A DNA stretch of 64,000 nt from contig CAJINV010000012.1 of NCBI GenBank assembly GCA_905178155.1, forward strand, positions 802,004-866,003, given 5' to 3'. Position numbers and translations under genes: made by a program. This document shows, piece after piece, positions 11,001-21,622 of the stretch (within the stretch, counting starts at the first letter, position 1; every line of letters begins with the position of its first letter). The stretch comes from Amoebophrya sp. A120. Its lineage: Eukaryota > Protista > Dinoflagellata. The notes beneath the pieces were generated by a model, which did no database searches, had not been told where the DNA came from, and saw only the letters and a program-made list of their open reading frames with translations.

Positions 11001-14000
11001 AGGAAAAATCCCCCCTCCCCATATCAAAACGGAAATCTGTGATGCAGATTTGTGGTCACAAACCAGCTTTGTGATGCTAGAAGGCAAGAGATGCAGACTG
11101 CAGTGCTGTCTAGCGTGGGAAAGCCTTGCAGCTCCAGGATGACAGGAGGCAACTGGAAGTGTGAAACAGCATGACAGATTGCCTGCAATTTAGGCCGCAG
11201 CTTTGTCTCTTGGCCTTCTAGCAATACAAGTCGATTTGTGTACTCAAATACAGCATCACAAATTCGCGCATCTTCCGTTTCCGATATGGGGAGGGGGGAT
11301 TTTTCGTTTCAATACCAGATTTTCACGTTCGCGGCAATCCGACCGTGGACTTGCACGGCCAGTTCTAATATCAAATGTAAAAATGTCTGGGTCTGGAAGA
11401 ATCATGCTGTTTCTGCATGACACAGAAGGACTGGCATGGAAGCTCTAGCATCACAGGTTTCGAGAAGCTTCCGCAATGCCGAATCCGCATGACAAATCCT
11501 CCACTTTGGTGACAGAAGTGAGCAGCTTTTGCTGCCTATGCATCAGAGATTTTTGTGTGTTCTGAAATGCGCATCACAAGTTACATCCTTCCAGACCCAG
11601 ACACTTTTACACTTGATATCTAAGTAGTAAAGCGCCTTCTCCAAGTCATAGGGTCTGATCCGCAGGACGTTTGCCAATTTTTGCTCGTCGGATTGTTTGT
11701 CCGCCGCGTGATTCTTATCGTTGCTCGGGGTGCTCCCCACCGCAACAACTTCCCGCATGTACTCATCCGCAAGCATCAAAGCCGCGTTTCCATCCCCAAG
11801 ATCCGCGGCTACCTTCAAATATTCCCCCGCAGTCTGTCGCATGTGGGTATGACGTCGCGTCATGTCGTTTTTGTGGATCGGGTGGTAGTCGTTTTTGGAC
11901 AAGTATTTGTCGATGAGTTTTTTGTCGTCGTATTTGGTCGCGAAGACGTAGAACTGGCACATCGCGTAGGTCGAAATCACCTCGATGTTGTCGGATAATT
12001 CGATGTTTTTCGGGATAAACCGCGCGACTTTTCGGTCTTCATTGGCCCAAACAGGTTTCGTCCACCCCGCGCGGGTTTTGAAGTCCGGCATCGGGACCCC
12101 GTGCTCTTTTTCATATGCGTCGCCGTACAATAGAGGTGCTTGTTGCTCCACGATCGTGGCGCGGACGTCTTCTAATTCTTCGTCGGTCACGTCGAACTCC
12201 ACATCCAACACGTTCTTCACCTCGGCCATCAAGTCCACCCCTTTCGTAACGTCCCCGGCTTGCACGGCGATTAGCGCGAGTTGGTAGGTATGCACTGCAA
12301 ATATGTCTTGTCTGGGTCTGGAAGATTCCTAGATTTGTCATGCATATTAGACACGGCTCGAGACTCTGTGATGCATGGGCTGGAACAGGCCCTCTTACCT
12401 GTCGCGCAAAAACGCAGTCTGTCATGCGGAATACGCAGCAGGAGCAGCAGCACATATTTTTACCAGCCCATGCATTATTTTGTCATGCTTGGCTGCGTAT
12501 TGCAGTGCGCATACCGTTCAGCTGTAGCATTACAACTTTCCAGACCCAGACACATTTGCAATGCATAGTAGGTCGCCTGCCACGACCCCTTGGTGGCGGC
12601 CTCCGCGAACAGCTCGATGCCTTTCTCCTGGTCTTGTCTCATGCGGATGTGCTCCTGGGAAAGGCTCAGGTTGAGAAAGAAGAGGAAAAGCACGAGGATA
12701 ATTACGCAGATGACGGGGCAGTCCCGTTTTGTGAAGAGGGGTTTATTTGGTTGCTCGGCGCCGGTAGTGGGGCTTTGGCCGTCTGTAGTCTTGTTGATGC
12801 CGTCTTGGTCTTTCTCTTTATTCCCCGCACTACCTGCAGCAGTCTTCTTTTTGTCTTTATTCATGTCAGTCAGAACGAGTTTACTTTGTTCACCAGAGCT
12901 GCTACTTCCTACCGCAACAGCGTTTTTCCCGCCGTCTTCAGCAGAAGTTGCAGCAGCTCTCGGCGACTCTTTCGGGCTCGCGGTTTTGCTGTTCTTCCCA
13001 GAGGATCCCGTCGTCGATTCCTTCGATGTGGTTCTTCTGCTGTTCTTTTTCCCTTTCACTCCTGGCTCTGCACTGCTATCGGTTCCATCTTCTACTTTGT
13101 TCTTCGCCGATAAACCTCTCTTCCGACAAGCAAAACCGCAACAGCAGCAGAAGATTTTGCTACAACAACCTCGGCAGCAAACCCCGCGAAACAGTAAAGT
13201 GCAGAGAACAAGAAAAACGAGCAAAACCGCGCAGACGAAAGCGCCGCCGCCTAGAATTTCGTAATCGACCTGCAGTTGGGGCAACTGCCGGTCTCCGTAG
13301 AACAAAGCTTCCGCCGTTCGCTGCATGCCGTTCACGTCTCCCCGGAGCATCTGATCCCAATGGAAGATCGCCTCGTTGTTTTCCACAATGTTCTGCCACT
13401 CCATAAACTCCCGGGAAACCGGTTGCGGCACTGGGTTCTGCTCGTACTTCGACACCGCGTGCACAGCCGTAGAATGAACGAAATTCGACAAGGTGAAGGA
13501 TCTCGCCTTGGCATCAAAGTTTTTGCTCGCCTCTTTTTCTTATCAAATGTAAAAATGTCTGGGGCTGGAAGAATGCAACTTGTAATGCGTATTTCAGAAC
13601 ACAGAAAAGTCTCTCATGCATACGTAGCAAAAGCTGCCCACTTTCTGTCAGCAAAATAGGGGACTTGTCATGCGGATTCGGCATTGCGGAAGCTTCTCGA
13701 AACCTGTGATGCTAGAGCTTCCATGCCAGACCTTCTGTGTCATGCAAAAACAGCATGACTCTTCCAGACCCAGACATTTTTACATTTGATATTTCTCGTT
13801 TCTGCATGTTTTCCTTCTCCTCCGCACGCATGGCCGCGAGCTGGTTCTGATGACCTGTTCAAGCGTTACAATCTCAAACAACGTTGCAATAGAATCTGGA
13901 AATCTGGGATGCAAGAACTGCATGACCTAGCCAAATCTCATAGGACTGCGCATGACAAGTTCCGGAGTCCCAAACCGCACTACAATCTGGCTAAATTTGT

Positions 14001-16038
14001 ATTGCAGAAAGTGGAACGGTCTGCGAGTCTGTAATGCTCATGATGCAAGACCAATCCCAGACTCTATTGCAACGCTTGAGATTGTAACACCTGAGCGGGT
14101 TATAGTTCTTGATGTGGTTTTTCACGCTGTTTTGCGCTTCTGACTGCGGAAACCCGAAATGCTTGCAATTCTGCATCTTCTCCGGGTCGCGTTTGCTGTC
14201 GAAGAAACTGAAGTCTGGAGTAGTCTTGGAAGAAGTAGTACTGTCGGAGGACTGTGCCCATTTCGTCCCGTGTACTATCGTTTTGACCAAGTCTGTCGGC
14301 AACGCATCCCCCAAAGCGTGCTCATACGCCGAGCCAATCTGCAGCATCGCGTCGCCCTCGATCGACGGCCACTTCGTGATCTCCCCGTCGAGAATGATGT
14401 GTTTGCCCTTTTTAAATGGATTTGCTTTCTCATTGAGAAACTTCTCCTTCTGCTTCAGCGTTTGCCTTAATGGCTGCCCGAAGTGGATGTTGAGCAGGGT
14501 AGAAGTGGATTTATTGGGAAGTAGATCCTTGTAGTCCTCGTCGTCAGGGTTTGAAGATGTTGTGGTTCTTTTGTCCTCGCGAAAAATGTCGAAAATCGTA
14601 CTCCGGAACTCCACACTTTGAGGTGTCGAAGATGTTTTTGCCTTCTTCGAAGACGAAGTTGTTGTGCCAGTACTACCACCTCCAGCAGCTTTCTTGAAGA
14701 ACATCTTGGCGAACGCCGGTTTCGTTTCGAGCGACATAAACGCCAACCCGCCGAGGGACGAGTTTTCCATCATGGCAACGCCATAACCCGTTTGCTCAAG
14801 CACCGACACCCGTCCCTGCTGCGATAGCATTTTGGACAACAGGTCCGCGTCGCCAGATTCATCGTTTTCCCGGAGTTTAGTCGAAAGAACCCGGCGGGTC
14901 GAGTTCTTAGAGTTGGAATTTGTATTTATCATGCCAGTTTGTTCACTATCGAGCAAATTTTGCGGCATCTTCAACTTTTCCAAATACCCTTGCCGTTCCA
15001 ACGCGGACAGGAGAAACAAGCAGTCGCCAAACACATTCTGCTTCTCCGCACTTCCCTGGCCCGTCAGGGCCGACCACACTTTCTCTGTGTAGTCCGACTT
15101 TGTCGCCTGGTACTCGGAGTCAGCCACGGATTTGGAATATTTGAAATTCTCTTTCACGCACAACTGCAACTCCTTCACCGCCTCATTAATGTGGTAATAA
15201 ACCGAGTGCTGATTCACAAACCCGGAGCTGTATTTTGCCGAGGGACCAAACGCCGCTTTGGTCATTTTCTCCGTGAGCGATTCTTTAGCCAGACCCGTAT
15301 GGAAGTGTCAGAATCGAAATTGACAAAGTCGAAAATTTTGTGATGCATAAAATGCAAGGCACGAAGCGACTGTCTTGCAGGGATTGCAAGTAAGGCCGAT
15401 TGTGAGCCTGTTTCGGCTTTGGGATAGAGCTGCTAAAAAGCATAACAAACTGGATTATGATGACGCCCAAATTTGTCATGCGCCACTTAGAAATTGGGCT
15501 TCCAACTGGTATCGGATTTATGCATCACAAATTTTTCAACTCTTTGTCAATTTATTTTAATCCTGACACTTCCATAACCCGTCACCTCATCGTAATTGTC
15601 CAAGTAGTCTCGCTGCTTGGAGGTTTTCTTGTTCTCAACGGTATTCCCTGAAAATTAACCATCCCCATCCATTTTTTGCATGACAAACACAGAACTTCCT
15701 TCATTTTTTGCATGACAAATTTCTAGATGGGGATGGTTGATTTTCAGCGAATAAACGGATGAATCAGCTGTACTGTCAGAAGCAGCTGACGATTTTGACT
15801 TTGACCTTTTGTTCTTATCCACATGTGGCGGAATCAGGTCCAATACGCCGGACAAGTGGACCACTGCGCGCCAGAAGCGGTTGGTGATCGCGTTGAAATC
15901 AAAGGTGTCCGTTTCCGCACGGACGAAGGGAAGAAGTTGCTCCGGGACGAGGTCCCGGGACGTGTCTAGCTTGATGTTGGTCTCAATCACGACAGCGCCA
16001 AGCTGGTTGCCGCCGACTTCCACACTGTACTGTGGCAT
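8035..16038 (-). CDS. Large Sel1-like-repeat membrane protein (SEL1L/Hrd3-like architecture); 5' end uncertain
   Basis: Sel1-type segments GDAMLQIGSAYEH, GIELFAEAATKGSWQA, AGEYLKVAADLGDGNAALMLADEY, KAAENYEKAG; Cys-rich PAN-like CVRECKDRQVCRFLTFYQSGYCQL; TM helix near the C-terminus; exons separated by 10 introners. Confidence 0.7.
8839..9162. mobile_element. Introner family E
   Basis: GGAAAAATCCCCCCTCCCC TIR; TSD TCGGG. Confidence 0.9.
9220..9372. mobile_element. Introner family B
   Basis: Family B ends; TSD TTCTC/TCCTC. Confidence 0.85.
9646..9878. mobile_element. Introner family C
   Basis: Family C TIRs; TSD CTATT/CCATT. Confidence 0.9.
10994..11314. mobile_element. Introner family E
   Basis: Family E TIRs; TSD CCAGA. 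Confidence 0.9.
11369..11618. mobile_element. Introner family A
   Basis: TSD TCTAA. Confidence 0.95.
12289..12567. mobile_element. Introner family A
   Basis: TSD GTAGG. Confidence 0.9.
13541..13791. mobile_element. Introner family A (opposite orientation to 11369-11618)
   Basis: TSD TTTCT. Confidence 0.95.
13849..14104. mobile_element. Introner family G
   Basis: GTTACAATCTCAA...TTGAGATTGTAAC TIR; TSD GTTCT. Confidence 0.9.
15298..15576. mobile_element. Introner family F
   Basis: TATGGAAGTGTCAG...CTGACACTTCCATA; TSD ACCCG. Confidence 0.95.
15642..15753. mobile_element. Introner family H (112 bp)
   Basis: AACCATCCCCATC/GATGGGGATGGTT TIR; TSD AACGG. Confidence 0.9.
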
Positions 16039-16914
16039 GGTTCGTTGGTTCTTGTGGAAGACTAAATGGACTTTTTTTATCTGAACAATGCTTCAGAAAG
16101 GGGGGTCGAAGATGTTGTAATTGATTCGGTCCTAGCTGTGTAACGATGTGATGTTCTAAAGTCGTAGGAAACTTGATATTATGCTGACAGCACAGGCGAC
16201 ATCAGCTGCTTCTTGGAAGCCAACAACAGACTAAGATTGCACTTTTTTTTGGTTGGAGTCAGGTGTAGTCCTAGTTCACTACTGCGCGTAGAACATACTA
16301 GCTAACGATCATGCAGCAGGTCCTACTTAGTTGTGGCAAACAAGAGCGGGAAGAACAAGGCCTTGCGTCAATAGAGAAATGAGGCTTAGCAAGTAGAACC
16401 ACAGATGTTGATCAAGTTGAATCATGGGAGATCTCTGTTTTAGTCTTTCCCGTTGTCCTTCCGCGGGGGGAAAACAACATAAAAACCGGGGACGAGCAGC
16501 TTAAAAATGTAAATGGGGGGGAACTGGAAAAACAAAAAAGCACAACTTTAAAAAATCCGCAAAATTCAAATTGAAAAGTAGATGATCTACCTGGCGTTCC
16601 TTGTTGTCTCCTTGCGTAAAAAGATCTGCAAGCGATGAACAAACTATAGTGCGCGAGGACATCAACTGAAAAACAACAACGCTAATCATGATCCGCTGCA
16701 CGACGTCCTGTTCGTTGCAAGATCCACGCTTTTTTTTCTTTCTCTATTCACCAAGAAGCTACGCAAGAATTCTCTTTATTCATCTCTCCAACCTCAAGAA
16801 GGTCGCATGGGACCGACTACTGCTCGTTAGTATCTCATTCCACAGCTCGAGCTCTCATCTCTCGACGAACGTGCTAAAAGTAAAACTTCTCTACTAAAGG
16901 ACCTAAATCAAAAA

Positions 16915-17300
16915 GAGCGAGGTAACAAAATAAAACAAGAGGGCCTCGGGGGACCTCTTGTCCGCCCGGCCGGGTGGACAAGAGGTCCCCCCCTTTCGCT
17001 GCCGGAGCGGCTGGCTCGCAGAAGTCCCCCCCCGCGTCGCCGCGTCGGCTCCCACCGCCGCCGTCGTCGTATCGGCCCCCGCTACTACCGCGGTACTCAT
17101 CTACACTTGTGGAAAGCATATAGCCGCCACCCAGCGAGCGGCGGACGACGACGGCGGCGGTGGGAGCCGACGCGGCGACGCGGGGGGGGACTTCTGCGAG
17201 CCAGCCGCTCCGGCAGCGACAGGGGGGGACCTCTTGTCCACCCGGCCGGGCGGACAAGAGGTCCCCCGAGGCCCTCTTGTTTTATTTTGTTACCTCGCTC
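16915..17300. mobile_element. Foldback element with about 155-bp near-perfect TIRs (MULE-like MITE)
   Basis: GAGCGAGGTAACAAAATAAAACAAGAGGG... and its reverse complement; each arm holds an internal hairpin; A-rich flanks, TSD not clean. Confidence 0.8.
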
Positions 17301-17653
17301 AAATAAAAGCTAGTGAAAATAAGTCTCATGATTTTCCTTTCTGTGCTGTTCTTTCAGCCTGTGACAGGGCTTGTTGCTTAGTAGTAGGTAGGGTCCTTTT
17401 GTTAAAAGATCACAGCACTGATGAGAGATTCAAATGATCAGCTACTAGTGCCGCAGGGGGAGCTGCCAAATTGTAGATCTTCAAGTACAGTGTCAATAAC
17501 AATAGCTGAAGATGCTTCACGAAAATAGATTGGAGTTCCTCGAAGTAAACTGTGTACTAGTCCTCTAAAAAGGATAAACACCAAAGACTCCAGAACAACA
17601 TTCCATGTAATCATGCGCACCTTCGACGATATTTATTCCTCTACTAAAGCTTC

Positions 17654-20600
17654 TCACTTTTCCATCACCGACACCGGCGGCGCCGGCCCACAAAACGTTT
17701 CGTACAGCACTTCAAAGGTGGCAAAATGGATATCCGCCACATCTTTCACATCCATCGCGTAGCCCCCCGCCAAAACCACAGCGACCGGGATCTTCTGCTC
17801 CCTGCAGAATTCAAACACAAGTCTATCCCGTTTTTTCAGCCCCTGTTTCGTGATCTTCAGCCCACCCAGCGTATCTCGCTCGTACGGGTTCGCACCGGCG
17901 ACGTAGACCAGCAGCGAGGGTCGTCCTCGCGGTTCATCTCCAGAAGAACTTCTACCAGCACCGTTGTTCTGTTGAGATGTTGACAAGGGCTGCTGCAACA
18001 AGGTCGCGGTCTTTCTTATCTGCCAGGGGAAGAGAGTGTTCGTTCGGATCTGGTGTTTCAATTCCGTGAGCTGGTTTTGGACAATTTTCAAGTATTCTTC
18101 GTCCTGCATGGATGTTCTTAGTTCCACATCCACAGTGCTGGGCGGGCGCCAGTGGGGAAAATTTTGGTTTTCGTGAAGGGAAATGGTCATCACGTAGGGG
18201 TTATGCAATGTAAATTTCCCGTACATGTACAAAATGCATGACAAATTTCGCTAACTTGCAGTGTGCAACTTGTCATGCTAGACTAGGATTGAAGGCAAGT
18301 TTTGTCATGCAGAGACTGCATTTGTACGTGTACGGGAAATATACTGTGGATAGGGGTGGTCGATGACGTCCACCGGCAAATTTTCGTCGTACATCCACTG
18401 GGAAAGGAGCGGATTCTTGTGTTATGCAAGAAAAAAACTGTGTAAGTGTAAATTTGTGTTGCAGAACATGCAACAGAGTTGCGCCTGTCATGCCAGACAG
18501 CCATGAAGTCCTCTTTTCATGTGTGTTTTCCCTTACAAGCCACGCATGACAGGTTTTCTCTGTCATGTAGAGCAAATTTGTGATGCTGTTTCTCAAAGAA
18601 AGTTACACTTACACACTCTTTTTCTTGGATATGTGTACCGGGGGCTTTAAGGAGATCACCTTCATATTAGCACCAATCGTCCTGGAGGGATCGTTCGAGT
18701 TCTTGTTCGCCGCTTTTTTCGTTTCTTGGAGTTGTTGCTCTTCTTGCTGCGTCGGATGAGGGGATCCGGCGACCAGAAACTCGTTCGGGGCTACTCCTAC
18801 TTGGGCGATTTCAAGCCTTTGATACAGGTGGTCGATGACGAAATCATTTTCGTTGCTCGTCGTTGTTCCATCGGAGAAATTTGCCCAATTGTTCGCTGAT
18901 AAGACTTCCCGGTATTTCACTCCGGTCTTGTCTTCATGATCCAAAACGCTGTACACGTAACCGTCCTTGTATTTTTTCCCCTGACTAGTTGTCATGCTGG
19001 TGCCGTCAAGATGATGACCGTTGTTGTTGTGCATCTTCATCTTCTTCGCTCCATGAAGATTTTCATTGCCAACCGCATTCCCCCCGCCAGGAGCAGCTGT
19101 GCCTGTAATATGATCGTGGAAAGCGAACTTCTGCCGGTAACAAGGTGGGAATATGAAAGCCTCAGGCTGGAAATCCTCAAAATGAAAATAATTTGTAATG
19201 CAAAAAAACGACTTCAGTTGGCGCACCATTTGCATTTCTAGTCGGCACATGACAAATTTCCCGGGCACTCAAAACGTGTCTGTCATGCTAGTTAGGCAAA
19301 GGAGTGCCCTTCTCTCATGCTAATCAGCAGCCCAATTCTGAACCCGTAGAGGCACAATAGCCGGCCTCCATTGCGTTCTCTGCAATGCAGTCTTTCTGGT
19401 GTCGCATTTCATGCGTCACAAATCATTTCCACTTTGAGGATTTCCATTCTGAGGGCGTCATAGGGAAAAAGGCGCTCGTCCCGTTTCCCTGGTGCACATC
19501 GCAATCGAAGACCACCGCTCCGTGCGGCAACTTCCCTTCGCTGCGCAGAATTTGTAACGCGATCGCCACGTCGTTTAGAACGCAGTACCCCTCGCCCCAA
19601 AACGGAGCCGCGTGGTGACTACCCCCGCCGATGTTGAAGCCGATAGCGGGTTTCATCGGCTTTTCCTCTTTGTCGTTTGGTGCATCGCCGCCAAAAATGG
19701 TAGTTCTTGCGTCGCCCGCGCAAAAGTAAGAATTCAGCGCATCCTCACAAGCCGCAAGCGTGCCGGCGCAGTCTTTCATCTCGTTTCGCCACACGGTCTC
19801 ATCGCAGGGCACCTCGAACTCCTTCACTGCGGCGAGTGGGTCGGAAAAGTACTGCTTTTCCACCCGGTTGAGAAAGGTGCTTGTGTGCAAGTTTGGGATC
19901 GCTCTTTCCACCCTCTGGAGAAACGTGGAGGGACGTGTGGTCGTGGAAGCTGCGGGGCCTGGAACAAATTCTTGTGCTGTGCCTGTGGTCCCAGAACTTG
20001 AACTGCTGCTGGTGATTCTACTTGTTGTGTCCCCCACGGGGGCCCCAGCTAGTTGCATATAATCTTCGGAGGTGGCGGACGAGGACGACGAGGGGACAAC
20101 TTCTACTGTCGGGTCCAGAATATCCACCAGGCTCGGACCGAGTCGAATAAGCGTATTTCTAGAAGTACCTGCGTCCTCGCTCCTTTCATCGGCCTTCTGC
20201 CTGCTCGTGGTCACACAACCATACTTCTCTTTGATCCAATCGTGCAATAAAACATGTTTGTTCATTATCGCAACAAAAAAGTGTTACAGTTACACATTGT
20301 GTTGCAGGCCAAGCAAGACAGACAAGCTCTGTCATACCGGATACGCCTAGAAGCCTCGTTTCAGAGGTGTTTTCCCGTAGGATTTCTGCATTAATACAAG
20401 TTTTCTCTCTCATGCAGACAAATTTGTGTTGCTGAATTGACTACAAATGTGTAACTGTAACACTTTTTACCTGTGATATTCATGTTGAATCGTTGCCCTT
20501 CCCAATAGTTTTCCGGCCGGGGGAAGTAGCGGACGGTGGGCTTCTTGATGTTGTGATCCATCTTTATTTCGTGCCGCATTTTATTTTCCTGCTCGCCGGC

Positions 20601-20700
20601 CCTGCGGTCGAAATTGTTCATGTTTTTGATGTAGTCCTGTTCCCTGGAGAAAATAAAGGGTAAAGGTTGCTCCTTGAGATGAATAAATACTGGGACGATG
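17654..20700 (-). CDS. Histone deacetylase family protein (HDAC11/class IV-like); start approximate
   Basis: GGGSHHA, GEGYCVLNDVAIA, DCDVHQGNGT, TISLH, YVAGANPYERDTLGGL, VVLAGGY; four introners. Confidence 0.9.
18202..18352. mobile_element. Introner family I
   Basis: ATTTCCCGTACA...TGTACGGGAAAT TIR; TSD GGGGT. Confidence 0.95.
18423..18631. mobile_element. Introner family J
   Basis: TATGCAAGAAAAAAACTGTGTAAGTGTAA...TTACACTTACACACTCTTTTTCTTGGATA; TSD TGTGT. Confidence 0.95.
19152..19462. mobile_element. Introner family K
   Basis: CCTCAG..TGGAAATCCTCAAA TIR; TSD GGGAA. Confidence 0.95.
20266..20478. mobile_element. Introner, J-related
   Basis: AAAAAGTGTTACAGTTACACAT TIR; TSD TTCAT. Confidence 0.9.
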
Positions 20701-21622
20701 CTGGAGGTGGTCTTCTACTTGTAAAAAAGCTGTCATCACATACCAGTTGAACAAGAAATACTAGTTCCTCCTGAAGCTGACCTTGCTAAGTATTTTTCAA
20801 AAAATCCTCAGAAGCAGATTAATGTAGTGCACAGCAAGTGCAGTAATTCTATCACTATCTAAATCCTCACGCACGAATTATTTTTTCGTTCAGCTGTTCT
20901 CGACAGACACCACATTACACTAGCTGAACTTATTGGGTCTTAATGTTACTAGTGTGCCTGCTCTGCTAGAGATCCTCGCCATCGCCTTCCCCAACCAGGA
21001 CGAAAAAAAATTGAAATACGATCATGTATAGGACGAGCGAATGGAGGTGTGCTCCCGCGTGTCGTGGATTTCCTTTTCCACTCTTGTTCTTTGAAACAAA
21101 AAAATAACCATGTAGAGAGCTGATCCGATCGCCGCGGCAACGCAACCACAGGAGCCAGATCCGTCGTTAGTACGTCCAAATGATATAGGACATACGTGGC
21201 TGTGTGTTCTGGTACAGCTGTAGATCAACATAGTAGATGTAGATCCTGATCCTGTGGTAGATCCGCCGCAATAACATCATGATCGTCCTCGTCATCCAAT
21301 TGAGCGCTACCACTGAACCACAGGAACAAACACCCTGTCCCTTCCATTGGTTCGAGCGAGAGTCCAGCCTCGCATCTTCGCGGCCGCGTTTGCACTTGCT
21401 AGCTGATACTGATTTTATTTTCACTTTCATGGAAACCTTACAATTTCCTCTTTCATCAATATCATAAATTTCGGAAAAAAAAATGCGTATGAAGATCATC
21501 CGCATGGTGAAAGAGCGCGAGTTTGTTCATCTCAGGGTGAAACTAAGGGGAGACGGTGAATACGAAACTTTAACTTTCATTCTGCTTCACCATGCAATTC
21601 AAAAACTACATCGCGTGACTTT

